From: Clostridia bacterium
GTDB lineage: Bacteria; Bacillota; Clostridia; RGIG6154
Assembly: GCA_045660065.1 (NCBI GenBank)
Contig: JAZRDC010000026.1
Coordinates: forward strand, 5,823 to 69,822
Length of the DNA: 64,000 bases
Direction: 5' to 3'
Below the pieces are notes generated by a model, which made no database searches, was not told where the DNA came from, and saw only the letters and a list, made by a program, of their open reading frames with translations. Shown piece by piece: positions 35,368 through 45,700 of the stretch. A program made the translations under genes and the position numbers. Position 1 is the first letter of the stretch. Each line of letters begins with the position of its first letter.

Positions 35368-36072
35368 TTACTCCTTAACAAAAGTTTCAGGCGGAATAAG
35401 AACTTTTTCATACTCACCATTTTGCCAAAGTTGTTCAAACTCTTCAAGAGTTATACTGTTTTCAATGGTAAAAGAAGCACTTTTTGTTCTGACTAATGAT
35501 GCCATATAACCTCCGCAACCGAGTTTTTCGCCAATATCGTTGCAAAGTGTTCTGATGTAGGTGCCTTTTGAGCAACAAATATCAAGTTCAACTGTATTAT
35601 CGGTTAAATTGATATCAAGAACATCGATAGAATGAATTGTTATTATGCGAGGCTCTCTTTCAATTTCCTTACCTTCTCTTGCGAGTTTATAGAGTTTCTG
35701 TCCATTTATTTTTACAGCGCTATACATTGGCGGAGTCTGACTGATTTCACCAACAAAATCACTTACAACACTTTTTATTGTATCTTCTGTAACACAAACT
35801 TCTCTTTCAGAAGTGATTTCTCCCTCGCTATCTTGAGTTGTAGTTGTTTTACCTAACTGCAAAAGTGCCTTATAACGCTTTGTTCCATCCATAATCGCCT
35901 GTGAAAGTTTTGTGGATTCTCTGCCGATGCAAATAGGTAAAACTCCTGTTGCCAAAGGATCAAGAGTTCCGGTATGACCGACTTTTTTAATTTTTGTAAT
36001 TCTTCTTATAACTGCCACTACAAAATGTGAACTTTTGCCGTATGGCTTGTTAATATTTACTATACCTGTCAA
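35368..36072 (-). CDS. truB: tRNA pseudouridine(55) synthase TruB (short form without a PUA domain)
   Basis: GIVNINKPYGKSSHFVVAVIRRI…GHTGTLDPLATGVLPICIG carries the catalytic Asp motif. The ORF is 234 aa. Confidence 0.85.
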   Translation of the reverse strand: MTGIVNINKPYGKSSHFVVAVIRRITKIKKVGHTGTLDPLATGVLPICIGRESTKLSQAIMDGTKRYKALLQLGKTTTTQDSEGEITSEREVCVTEDTIKSVVSDFVGEISQTPPMYSAVKINGQKLYKLAREGKEIEREPRIITIHSIDVLDINLTDNTVELDICCSKGTYIRTLCNDIGEKLGCGGYMASLVRTKSASFTIENSITLEEFEQLWQNGEYEKVLIPPETFVKE

Positions 36073-36084
36073 ACCACTTTCTCC

Positions 36085-37032
36085 TTACATATCTTTAGTT
36101 ATTTCAATTACTTTGTTTTTAACATCTTCCAAAGAATTATCGCAGGAAAACCCTGCCGCTCTTATATGACCACCGCCACCAAAGCAAGATGCAATAACAG
36201 TAGCATCAGCATAAGAATTTGTTCTTATGCTTCCTTTTGTTTTGCCGTCTTTTTCTTTGATAAGGCAGGCAATTTCAACACCTTTTACACTTCTTAATAC
36301 ATCAACTAAACCTTCAGTATGTTCATAAGTTGCACCAAAATCTTTAAGGCAATTTTCGTCAATTATCGCAACAGCAACTTTTCCGTTGTGGCATACTAAC
36401 ATATTTTCAACCAGATATGCCTGAAGTTTTAATTCTGCCAAGGTGTTTGTTGCAAACATAAGTCTGTTAATTTCTGCACTGTCAAAATCATATTTTAACA
36501 ATTCAGAAGCAACGATGTGTGTATCTGGTGAAACATTGGAATAAGCAAAGCAACCTGTATCTGAAGAAATGGCACAATACAAAAGTGACGCACTGCTGTT
36601 ATCAATATCAGTTCCTAACTCCTGCAACAATTCAAAAACCAACTCACCTGTTGCTGATGCATCTCCTTTAACAAAGTTAAGTTTCCCATAACCTTTGTTT
36701 GTAAAATGATGGTCAACATTAAGTGTGTTATTATGATTTTCGTAGTACTCTTTAAAAGTCCCGAGTCTGCCCGTATCGCCGCAATCAAGAGCAATTAAGC
36801 AATCATATTCGCAATCAGGCAATTCTGTTTTGTATTCAACAGGTGCAAAGCCAAGCATAAACTCAAGTCTTTCGCTCACCTGTTCATTTAAATACACATC
36901 TGCAACTTTATTCAATTTATTTAAACTGTATTTTAAAGCAAAGGCGCTGCCCAAGGCATCGCCATCTGCTGAAATATGAACAAAAATTGCAATTTTTTCT
37001 GCTTTTAACAAAGCATTTGCTATATTTTTCAT
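36085..37032 (-). CDS. nrnA: DHH/DHHA1 phosphoesterase (NrnA-like oligoribonuclease / pAp phosphatase)
   Basis: The DHH motifs IFVHISADGDALGS and DHH (NVDHHF), plus a C-terminal GGGH (GGGGHIRAAG), are present. Confidence 0.75.
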   Translation of the reverse strand: MKNIANALLKAEKIAIFVHISADGDALGSAFALKYSLNKLNKVADVYLNEQVSERLEFMLGFAPVEYKTELPDCEYDCLIALDCGDTGRLGTFKEYYENHNNTLNVDHHFTNKGYGKLNFVKGDASATGELVFELLQELGTDIDNSSASLLYCAISSDTGCFAYSNVSPDTHIVASELLKYDFDSAEINRLMFATNTLAELKLQAYLVENMLVCHNGKVAVAIIDENCLKDFGATYEHTEGLVDVLRSVKGVEIACLIKEKDGKTKGSIRTNSYADATVIASCFGGGGHIRAAGFSCDNSLEDVKNKVIEITKDM

Positions 37033-37035
37033 ATA

Positions 37036-37383
37036 TTATTCACCGTTAAGTTCATTAATAATTTTGTTAATGTGAGAACCATACTCAATTGAGTCGTCTA
37101 TAACAAAGTGAAGTTCAGGTGTGTATCTTAATTTTGTTCTTGAAGAAACTTCTTTTCTGATAAAGCCCGCACTGCTGCTTAAACCTTTAAGAATTTCTTT
37201 TTTCTTTTCTTCATTACAAAAAGCGGAAACATACACCTTTGCAAATTTTAAATCCTTTGTAACTATTACAGACACAACTGAAAGTAAAACTCCGTCAAGT
37301 CTTGGATCTTTTAAAGTCGGCAAAATTGAACACAGTTCTCTTTTGATTTCTTCATCAATTTTTTGTTGTCTGAATTTAGCCAT
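37036..37383 (-). CDS. rbfA: Ribosome-binding factor A
   Basis: The RbfA KH-like fold signature (ELCSILPTLKDPRLDGVLLSVVSVIVTKDLKFAKVYVS) is present, and the gene sits downstream of infB. Confidence 0.85.
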   Translation of the reverse strand: MAKFRQQKIDEEIKRELCSILPTLKDPRLDGVLLSVVSVIVTKDLKFAKVYVSAFCNEEKKKEILKGLSSSAGFIRKEVSSRTKLRYTPELHFVIDDSIEYGSHINKIINELNGE

Positions 37384-37397
37384 AACGTTTCCTTTCG

Positions 37398-39743
37398 TTA
37401 TCGTTTAATTTCTTCCATAATGAAACTTTCCACGATGTCGCCTTCTTTGATATCGTTGAAGTTTTCGATGCCGATACCACATTCGTAACCACTTGCTACT
37501 TCTTTAACGTCGTCTTTAAATCTCTTAAGTGAGTCTAAAACACCTTCGTGAATAACAATACTGTCACGAACAACACGAACCTGTGAATTTCTTGAAATTT
37601 TACCGTCCAATACATATGAACCACCAATTGTACCAACGCCTGAAACTTTAAATGTCTGTCTGATTTCAGCGTGGCCCTGAACAACTTCTTTAAATTCAGG
37701 ATCGAGCATACCTTTCATAGCGGCTTCAATTTCTTCAATAGCAGTATAAATAACTCTGTAAAGACGGATTTCAACTTCCGCTTTTTCTGCACTTGAAATA
37801 GCATTCGCATCAGGACGAACGTTAAATCCAACGATAATAGCATTAGACGCTGATGCAAGCATAACGTCTGAATCGTTAACACCACCAACACCGCCGTGGA
37901 TAATTCTGATTCTAACCTCATCATTGCTTAATTTTTCCAATGACTGTTTAACTGCTTCAACAGAACCCTGAACATCGGCCTTAATGATAATGTTGAGTTC
38001 TTTCATCTTACCCTGTTCAATCTGACTGAACAAGTTTTCAAGAGATGCTTTCTGTGTTGCCTGAAGTGCTTCTTCTTTCTGTTTTGCAATTCTTTCGTCA
38101 ACAACTTCACGGGCTTTTTTCTCGTTTTCTACAACGTAGAACAAATCGCCGCCGCTTGGAACGCTTGATAAGCCCAATACTTCAACAGGAACAGAAGGTT
38201 CTGCAGTTTTTACTCTTTCTCCTCTGTCGTTCATCATTGCACGAACTCTACCAATTGAAGTACCTACAACTACAACATCACCGATTTTTAATGTACCGTT
38301 CTGAACCAAAACTGTTGCAATAGGACCTCTGCCCTTATCAAGTCTTGATTCAATAACAATACCTCTTGCTTCTCTATTTGGATTTGCTTTAAGTTCTCTC
38401 ATATCAGCAACCAAAAGAAGCATTTCCAAAAGTTCGTCAATACCCTGACCTGTGAGGGCTGAAACATTAACGCAAATTGTATCGCCACCCCACTGTTCAG
38501 GAATAAGTTCATGTTCAGTAAGTTCCTGCAAAACTCTGTCAGGATTTGCTGTATCTTTATCGCATTTATTAACTGCAACAATTACGCTTACACCTGCGGC
38601 TTTTGCGTGGTTAATTGCTTCTACAGTCTGTGGCATAATACCGTCATCTGCGGCAACAACCAAAATTGCAATATCAGTTGCCATTGCACCTCTTGCACGC
38701 ATAGCAGTAAATGCTTCGTGACCAGGGGTATCTAAGAATGTAATTTCTTTATCGTTAAGATTTACTCTGTACGCACCGATATGCTGAGTAATACCACCCG
38801 CTTCACCTGCAGTAACATGTGTACTTCTGATTTTATCCAAAAGACTTGTTTTACCGTGGTCAACGTGTCCCATTACGCAAACAACAGGGCTTCTTGGGAG
38901 CAAATCTTCTTCTTTGTCTTCAATGTCAATAAGAAGTGATTCTTCTGCTGTGATGATAATTTCCTTTTTAACAATTGCTTCAAATTCTTCTGCAACAATT
39001 GCGGCTGTATCAAAGTCGATGATATCGCTTACTGCAGCCATCTGACCTAACATAAACAACTTTTTAACAACTTCTGCTGCTGTCTTTTTAAGTCTTGATG
39101 CAAGTTCACCAACAGAAATTGTATCAGGAATTTCAACTTCCAATTTAACAGGCTTTGGAATAACCTTTTTAACCTGCTGAAGTGGTTTGTTATCCTTTTT
39201 ACCAAATCTGTTCTGACCTTTTTTAATTTTCTGCTTGTTCTGAACATTATCTTTAATTTTGTCAGAAACCATTTCTTCTATACGTTCAACTTTTTCAATT
39301 CTGTTAACATCAATTGCTTCAGAACGAGTGTTTACTACTACGTTTACGCGTTCTTTTTTAGGCTGAGGCTGAGCCTGTTTTTTCTTTTCTGACTTTTCAA
39401 AAGGATGCGGATTTGAAGGCTTTTTAACTTTTTCTTCCTTCTTTTCCTCTGCAGGTTTTTCTTCCTTTACTTCTTCCTTTGGTTCTTCTTTTACAGGTTC
39501 AGGCTTTGGCTCTTCTTTTTTGATAAGTTTACCATATTCCATGGTACTGTTCAAAAGATTAAACTTTCCGCCTTTGTCATATTTTTGTGACAACACTTCA
39601 AAGATAATATCAAGTTGATTTTCTTCTAAAACAGTCATATATCCTTTAACTGATATACCAAACTGTTCTAAGATAGTTATTATATCTTTGCTTGTCATAT
39701 TTAAATCTTTTGCAAGTTCATGCACTCTGATTTTTTGCAGCAT
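37398..39743 (-). CDS. infB: Translation initiation factor IF-2
   Basis: The 781-aa ORF has a Lys/Glu-rich N-terminal region and a G domain ([24 protein letters not shown]) followed by domains II-IV. Confidence 0.9.
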   Translation of the reverse strand: MLQKIRVHELAKDLNMTSKDIITILEQFGISVKGYMTVLEENQLDIIFEVLSQKYDKGGKFNLLNSTMEYGKLIKKEEPKPEPVKEEPKEEVKEEKPAEEKKEEKVKKPSNPHPFEKSEKKKQAQPQPKKERVNVVVNTRSEAIDVNRIEKVERIEEMVSDKIKDNVQNKQKIKKGQNRFGKKDNKPLQQVKKVIPKPVKLEVEIPDTISVGELASRLKKTAAEVVKKLFMLGQMAAVSDIIDFDTAAIVAEEFEAIVKKEIIITAEESLLIDIEDKEEDLLPRSPVVCVMGHVDHGKTSLLDKIRSTHVTAGEAGGITQHIGAYRVNLNDKEITFLDTPGHEAFTAMRARGAMATDIAILVVAADDGIMPQTVEAINHAKAAGVSVIVAVNKCDKDTANPDRVLQELTEHELIPEQWGGDTICVNVSALTGQGIDELLEMLLLVADMRELKANPNREARGIVIESRLDKGRGPIATVLVQNGTLKIGDVVVVGTSIGRVRAMMNDRGERVKTAEPSVPVEVLGLSSVPSGGDLFYVVENEKKAREVVDERIAKQKEEALQATQKASLENLFSQIEQGKMKELNIIIKADVQGSVEAVKQSLEKLSNDEVRIRIIHGGVGGVNDSDVMLASASNAIIVGFNVRPDANAISSAEKAEVEIRLYRVIYTAIEEIEAAMKGMLDPEFKEVVQGHAEIRQTFKVSGVGTIGGSYVLDGKISRNSQVRVVRDSIVIHEGVLDSLKRFKDDVKEVASGYECGIGIENFNDIKEGDIVESFIMEEIKR

Positions 39744-39789
39744 TTAAATTCCTCGCTTTCTTTTCATAGCCGCCGTTTTGACAGCACAA

Positions 39790-40089
39790 TTAAATTTCTT
39801 TATCATTATACGCCTTTAAAACAGCGGTTGAAAAATTCTTATCGGTTATTACAGCAACGCTTCTTGTTTCTTTGCCTGTGCATTTTCCCAAAATTTCTTT
39901 TGTGTCTAAATAAATGATTTCAATTCCAGAGTCTGAAAAAATCTTTATTGAATTTTCGGAAGTTTCCTTTGTCAGGATTATAAGTTTTGCTTTATTGGTT
40001 TTTACCGCTTTTTCACAAAGTTCCAATCCTGTTATAACTTTACCTGCTCTTGTTGCAAGTCCAATCATTCTTTCGGCTTTACTTTGCAT
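39790..40089 (-). CDS. L7Ae-family ribosomal-protein-like RNA-binding protein (YlxQ)
   Basis: The 99-aa ORF lies between ylxR and infB as in Bacillus. An L7Ae-like fold is suggested by LATRAGKVITGLELCEKAV. Confidence 0.7.
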   Translation of the reverse strand: MQSKAERMIGLATRAGKVITGLELCEKAVKTNKAKLIILTKETSENSIKIFSDSGIEIIYLDTKEILGKCTGKETRSVAVITDKNFSTAVLKAYNDKEI

Positions 40090-40339
40090 CTTTAAGCACT
40101 TCCTTTAAATCATTCAGTATGTTTTCATCAGACAACAAGCCTGAAAATCTTGCAAATTTTTTTGAAGACATAATTTTATCCAGGCATTGCTCCGAGCAGA
40201 TATAAAATCCTCTGCCACCTGCTTTGAAGGTTTTATCTATCATACCCTTACCCTCTTTTGCAGTAATTCTTGCCATATTATGCTTATGCTTCATATTTCT
40301 GCAACATACGCACATTCTGTAATTAACCTTATCGTTCAT
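40079..40339 (-). CDS. YlxR/RnpM family (DUF448) RNA-binding protein
   Basis: RMCVCCRNMKHKHNMARIT…GRGFYIC matches the DUF448 Cys cluster. It sits downstream of nusA. Confidence 0.75.
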   Translation of the reverse strand: MNDKVNYRMCVCCRNMKHKHNMARITAKEGKGMIDKTFKAGGRGFYICSEQCLDKIMSSKKFARFSGLLSDENILNDLKEVLKDAK

Positions 40340-40348
40340 AAATATTCC

Positions 40349-41401
40349 TTAAAATTCCAAATTTATGTTATCTTCTGCTTTGATATCGATTTTCCAACCG
40401 GTAAGTTTAGCAGCAAGTCTTGCATTCTGACCTTCTCTGCCGATAGCAAGTGAAAGTTGGAACGCAGGAACTACAACAGTACACATTTTTTCTTCTTCGT
40501 TTACTTCAATTGAAATAACCTTTGCAGGGCTCAATGCTGCCTGAATAAATTCAGCAGGATCTTCACTCCACTTGATAATATCAATTTTTTCGCCGCCCAA
40601 TGCATCAACAACATTCTGAACTCTGATGCCACGCTGACCTACGCAAGAGCCAATCGGGTCGATATTAGGATTTTCTGCATATACTGCAATTTTTGTTCTT
40701 GAACCAGGTTCGCGTGAAATTGCTTTAATCTGAACAATTCCTTCACCGATTTCAGGAACTTCATTTTCAAAAAGTTTACCTACAATACCTGCATTGCTTC
40801 TTGAAACAATGATTTCAGGACCGTAGTTTGTTTTGTTTACTTTTGCAACATAAAGTTTAATCTTATCGCCCGGTTCAATTTTTTCGCCTTCAATCTGTTC
40901 ACTTGGAGGAATGATTGCTTCAAAATTACCAACATCTACGATAATGTTTTTCTTATCAATTCTTTTAACAATACCTGTTGTAACAGTATTTTCTTTCTTT
41001 CTGAACTCTGTGTAAAGTTTACCGCTTTCTGCTTCACGGAGTTTCTGGAGCATAACCTGTTTTGCAGTCTGTGCCGCAATTCTTGAAAACGGAGTCTGGT
41101 CGATTTCTTCAACTACAACATCGCCGATTTCATATGCTTCGTTGATTTCTTTTGCTTCGTCAAGGTCGTATTCGCCATCCTGACCCAAGCCATTTTCTAC
41201 AACTTTGCAGTGCTTGTAGAGAGTAACATTACCGTTTTCTCTGTTAAGTTCTACAACAAGGTCTGCACCTTTAATACCTCTGATGCTTCTTTTATACGCA
41301 ATTGCAAGTGCGCTTTCGATTGCCTGGAACATATATTCTCTTTCAATTCCTTTTTCTTTTTCAAGCATAGCAATCGCATTAAGTAATTCTTTGTTATCCA
41401 C
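40349..41401 (-). CDS. nusA: Transcription termination/antitermination factor NusA
   Basis: The 350-aa ORF has NusA N-terminal, S1 and two KH domains, with the C-terminal repeat absent as in Firmicutes. Confidence 0.9.
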   Translation of the reverse strand: MDNKELLNAIAMLEKEKGIEREYMFQAIESALAIAYKRSIRGIKGADLVVELNRENGNVTLYKHCKVVENGLGQDGEYDLDEAKEINEAYEIGDVVVEEIDQTPFSRIAAQTAKQVMLQKLREAESGKLYTEFRKKENTVTTGIVKRIDKKNIIVDVGNFEAIIPPSEQIEGEKIEPGDKIKLYVAKVNKTNYGPEIIVSRSNAGIVGKLFENEVPEIGEGIVQIKAISREPGSRTKIAVYAENPNIDPIGSCVGQRGIRVQNVVDALGGEKIDIIKWSEDPAEFIQAALSPAKVISIEVNEEEKMCTVVVPAFQLSLAIGREGQNARLAAKLTGWKIDIKAEDNINLEF

Positions 41402-41413
41402 AATACATCCTCC

Positions 41414-41878
41414 TTAAAAATCGATAGTTAATCTTACCGATGAAATTTTTTCATTTGGTATTTTTAAAAGACTTTCGTCTTCAGTTTCAATTTCTGTTAT
41501 TTCATTATTTCTTGAAACAAGTTTGCCCTCAAGGCTTTTATTACCTTCAAATGAGCCATAAAAGTTAACACAAACTTTTTCACCTGCAAATCTATCAAAA
41601 TCTCTTTGCTTTTTCAGTTTGCGTTCTAAACCCGGCGAAGAAACTTCCAGGTAATATCCCTGATCAATTGGGTCTTCTTCGTCCAAAACATCGCTCAAAG
41701 GACGAGAAACTGCTTCACAATCATCAATAGAAACAGGTTCGTCTTCTCTGTCGATATAAACTCTTAAATAATAGTCAGAACCTTCTTTTTTAAACTCAAC
41801 ATCATAAATCATAATGCCAAGAGGCTCTGCAATTTTTTCCGCGAGTTTTTCAACGATTTCTTCTACTTTGTTTGCCAT
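41414..41878 (-). CDS. rimP: Ribosome maturation factor RimP
   Basis: The 154-aa ORF sits upstream of nusA. The RimP N-domain motif (LGIMIYDVEFKKEGSDYYLRVYIDREDEPVSIDDCEAVSR) is present. Confidence 0.85.
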   Translation of the reverse strand: MANKVEEIVEKLAEKIAEPLGIMIYDVEFKKEGSDYYLRVYIDREDEPVSIDDCEAVSRPLSDVLDEEDPIDQGYYLEVSSPGLERKLKKQRDFDRFAGEKVCVNFYGSFEGNKSLEGKLVSRNNEITEIETEDESLLKIPNEKISSVRLTIDF

Positions 41879-41912
41879 ACAACAACCTCCCTGAAATCCA
41901 CCGTATACAACG

Positions 41913-41940
41913 CAAAAGAGTGAGCTTTCTGCTCACTCCT
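41913..41940 (-). terminator. Rho-independent terminator ending the polC-ssb-like transcription unit
   Basis: An 8-bp GC-containing stem GGAGTGAGC…GCTCACTC (41918-41925 / 41931-41938) is followed on the minus strand by TTTTGCG. The U-tract is short. Confidence 0.4.
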
Positions 41941-42009
41941 TTGCCAAATTCTTATGTTATTGTTATTTTAACACATTTTTTTAAAAAAATCAAGTGTTTT
42001 AGCAAATTT

Positions 42010-42651
42010 TTAAATATTTTCATCAATTTCCTGATTTTTAACTACTTCAAGTTTTGTTACCGATACCTCATAGGCAGTTTTTTCGGCAAATTCATCTTCA
42101 GAAATTTTCTTTTTATAATCTCTGCTCTGTATTCTGCCCCAAAGTTTGATATTGGTGCCAACTTCAAGATTTCCTGTAAACTTGGCGTTTCTCCCCCAAG
42201 TAATGCAAGGAATGTAGTCAGATTTACCATACTGTCTGTTTACTGCGATTAAAACATCGCAAATTTCTCTGCCGAAAGGTGTGGTTCTGTATACGGGAGT
42301 TTTGCAGATATAACCGTTAAGAAAGATAGAATTCGGGGACTCATAATCTTCTGTCATATCATAAATCTTTTTAACAAACACAGTAAGTACCAGTTTATTC
42401 CCTTCATCGGAATAATTGTTATATGACCGAAATTGCCCCTCAACCTGAATAAGTCTTCCCGGATACAAATCAAAATCGCTTATCATTCTTTCGGAAATAG
42501 TCAGAATAACGCTGTCATAATTATCGCTAAGCCTTGGAACTTTCAAGCACAGTTTACAAAATCCTTCACCGTATATTTCATGGCTGTATTCAGGGACGCT
42601 GTCTACCATCCCTTCAAGCCTGGCCTCGTTATTTGTAAGCAGTTTTTCCAT
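42010..42651 (-). CDS. Tandem-OB-fold single-stranded-DNA-binding (SSB)-like protein lacking the acidic C-terminal tail
   Basis: Both halves of the 213-aa ORF follow the SSB OB-fold pattern. The second is clearest: NSIFLNGYICKTPVYRTTPFGREICDVLIAVNR…DYIPCITWGRNAKF…GTNIKLWGRIQSRDYKKK…AYEVSVTKLEV aligns with Firmicute SSB NRVVLVGRL…FTLAVNR…DFINCVTWRRQAE…GSLVAVEGRLQTRNYE. There is no DDDIPF-type tail. Only an 81-nt gap with no terminator separates it from polC. Confidence 0.55.
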   Translation of the reverse strand: MEKLLTNNEARLEGMVDSVPEYSHEIYGEGFCKLCLKVPRLSDNYDSVILTISERMISDFDLYPGRLIQVEGQFRSYNNYSDEGNKLVLTVFVKKIYDMTEDYESPNSIFLNGYICKTPVYRTTPFGREICDVLIAVNRQYGKSDYIPCITWGRNAKFTGNLEVGTNIKLWGRIQSRDYKKKISEDEFAEKTAYEVSVTKLEVVKNQEIDENI

Positions 42652-42732
42652 AAATACCCTCCTAAAGTATAAAAGCCTGATTTACACTTAAATCGTTATA
42701 TTTATATTTATGCAAAAACTACCAATGATATA

Positions 42733-45700
42733 CTAAAAAAATGTAATTTGCGCAGATTCCTGCATACCATCAAGGCAACCTTCCTGTCGCAAAACCTCGA
42801 TAGCTGTCTTATTTACTCCGCTTCTCATTCTTAAATCTTCAATTGAAGTAAACTCACCGTCTACCCTTGCTTCTGCAATTGACTTGGCAGCATTTTCACC
42901 AAGCCCCGGCATAGCAGAAAGGGGTGGCAAAATTCTGTTTTCTTCGTCAAGCAAGAATTTTACCGCATCTGATTTATACAAATCAATTTTAGTAAACTCA
43001 AAACCTCTTGAATACATTTCGTTGCAAACTTCCAGAATTGTAAGAACGGAAGAATCTTTAACGGAAAGTTTTTCATCGCTTGATTTTAATCTCTTGATTT
43101 CTTCACGGGTTCTTTCAATTCCTTTTGTCATAAGACTTGCATCAAAAAGGTCTGCACGAACTGTAAAATATGTCATATAAAATGCCAGTGGCTGATGAAC
43201 CTTAAACCAGGCAATTCTGAACGCCATCATTACATAAGCCGCAGCGTGGGCTTTAGGGAACATATACTTAATTTTAAGACAAGACTCAATATACCAGTCA
43301 GGAACATTACTTTCTTTCATTTTAGGAACATATTCCTGATGCTGGGTAAATTTACCTTTACGGGTGAACTCCATAATCTGGAATGCGTCTTCAGCGTCCA
43401 TACCCATATACATAAGATTTACCATAATATCGTCACGGGTACAGATTACTTCTTTTAATGTTGCGGTTCCTGCACGGACCAAATCCTGAGCATTGTTAAG
43501 CCATACGTCTGTTCCGTGTGAAAGACCTGAAATTCGTATTAACTCGCCGAAGGTTGTAGGAAGCGTATCAAGAAGCATCTGTTTTGTAAATCCTGTGCCG
43601 AATTCAGGAAGTCCGTTTGTGCCGATAACATCACAAAATTCTTCATCATATAATTCTTCTTTATATTTAAGTATTTTGTTGCTTGAGAAAAGGCTCATAA
43701 CATCCTGATCGTCAAGAGGAATTTTCTGAACATCTACCCCTGTAATATCACCAAGCATACGAAGTACCGTAGGATCGTCGTGTCCTAATATATCAAACTT
43801 CAAAAGGGTACCTTTCATTTTGCTGTAATCGAAGTGGGTGGTTATAATATCAACATCTGTTTTATCGGCAGGTCTGTGAATAGGACAAAAATCGTAAATA
43901 TCCATATCATCCGGCACAACAACCATACCGCCCGGGTGCTGACCTGTAGTTTTTCTTACACCTGCGCAACCTTTGGTAAGTCTGTCTTTTTCAGCATTTG
44001 TTGCAATAATATTGCGTTCTGCCAGATAGTTCATAACATAACCGTATGCAGTTTTATCTGCAAGAGTTGAAATTGTTCCTGCTTTGAACACATGGTCGCT
44101 TCCGAAAAAGTTTTCAAGGAACTTATGGGCTTTTGCCTGATATTCACCTGAAAAGTTAAGGTCTATATCAGGGTCTTTTTCGCCGTGAAAGCCTAAGAAT
44201 GTTTCAAACGGGATATCAAATCCGTCTTTATTCATTTTTGTTCCGCACTCAGGACAATCTTTATCAGGCATATCAACGCCACAGGCGTATTTACCGTCCT
44301 GAATAAACTCGTTATGTTTACAGTTTGGACAAACATAGTGCGGGCAAAGTGAATTAACCTCTGTAATTTTCATTAAAAATGCGATAAATGATGACCCAAC
44401 TGAACCTCGGGAACCAACTAAGTAGCCATCTTCTAATGACTTCCACACAAGTTTCTGGGCAATAACATACATAACAGAAAAGCCGTTATTAATAATGGAG
44501 TTTAATTCTTTATCCATTCTGTCCAAAACGAACTGCGGGATATTTTCACCGTAAATTTCGTGTGCAGTTGCATAGGAAATATTTCTAACATCGTCTTCCG
44601 CGCCGTCGATTTTCGGTGCATAAGTTTTCTTTGGAATTGGTTGCAGGTCAGGTTCAATCATATCTGCAATAAGGTTGGTATTCTTTACAACTGCGTTATA
44701 TGCAGTTTCTTCGTCCAAATAATCAAACTCTTTAAGCATATCTGTTGTGTTTCTGAAATACAAAGGAGCCTGATTATCTGCGTCTTTATACTTTTGACCT
44801 GCCTGAATTATTGCTCTGAAAACTTTATCATCAGGATCAAGAAAATGCGCATCGCAAGTTGCAACATATGGCTTATCGAGTTCTTTTGCAAGGTCAATTA
44901 TAATTTTATTAAACTCCTGAAGTTGCCCTACATTACTAACAGTTCCGTTATCTAACATAAATCTGTTATTTCCGATTGGCTGGACTTCTAAGTAATCATA
45001 AAATTCTGCAATTTTCAATAAGTCATCGTGGCTTTTACCATCAACTACCGCTGTAAAGAGTTCACCCGCTTCACAGGCAGAACCTACTATAAGCCCTTCA
45101 CGGAACTCTGATAAAATTCTTCTTGGCACACGGGGTCGTTTGTAAAAATAGTTAAGGTGTGATTCTGAAATTATTTTATATAAATTTTTCATACCTTCCT
45201 GATTTTTAACAAGAAGAATAACGTGATAAGTATTTGCTTTTGTATAATCTGCACGGGCAAACTGAGAGTTAATCTGTCCAATGTTGGTAACACCCATTTT
45301 CTGCAAAATATCTCTTGTTTTAAAGAAAATATATCCGCAGGTTCTTGCATCATCAAATGCTCTGTGGTGGCTACCCATATTTATATTAAAACTTTTTGCT
45401 ATTGTATCTAACTTGAACTTTTTGAGGTCAGGAAGCAAGTTTTTGCAAAGTTCTAATGTATCAATTGATGTGTTTGAAAATGAAAGTCCTAATTTTTCAC
45501 AATAATACTTAATAAACCCACAATCAAATTCCGCGTTGTGAGCAATAACAGGATAATCACCCGCAAATTTTAAAAATTCGGGCATAACAGTTTCCAAAGT
45601 CGGCATACCGCTTAACATATCATTTGTAATACCTGTCAAGTCGGTTGTAAAACTGCTGATTGAAAAGCCCGGGTCAATCAACTGACTGTATGTATCTACA

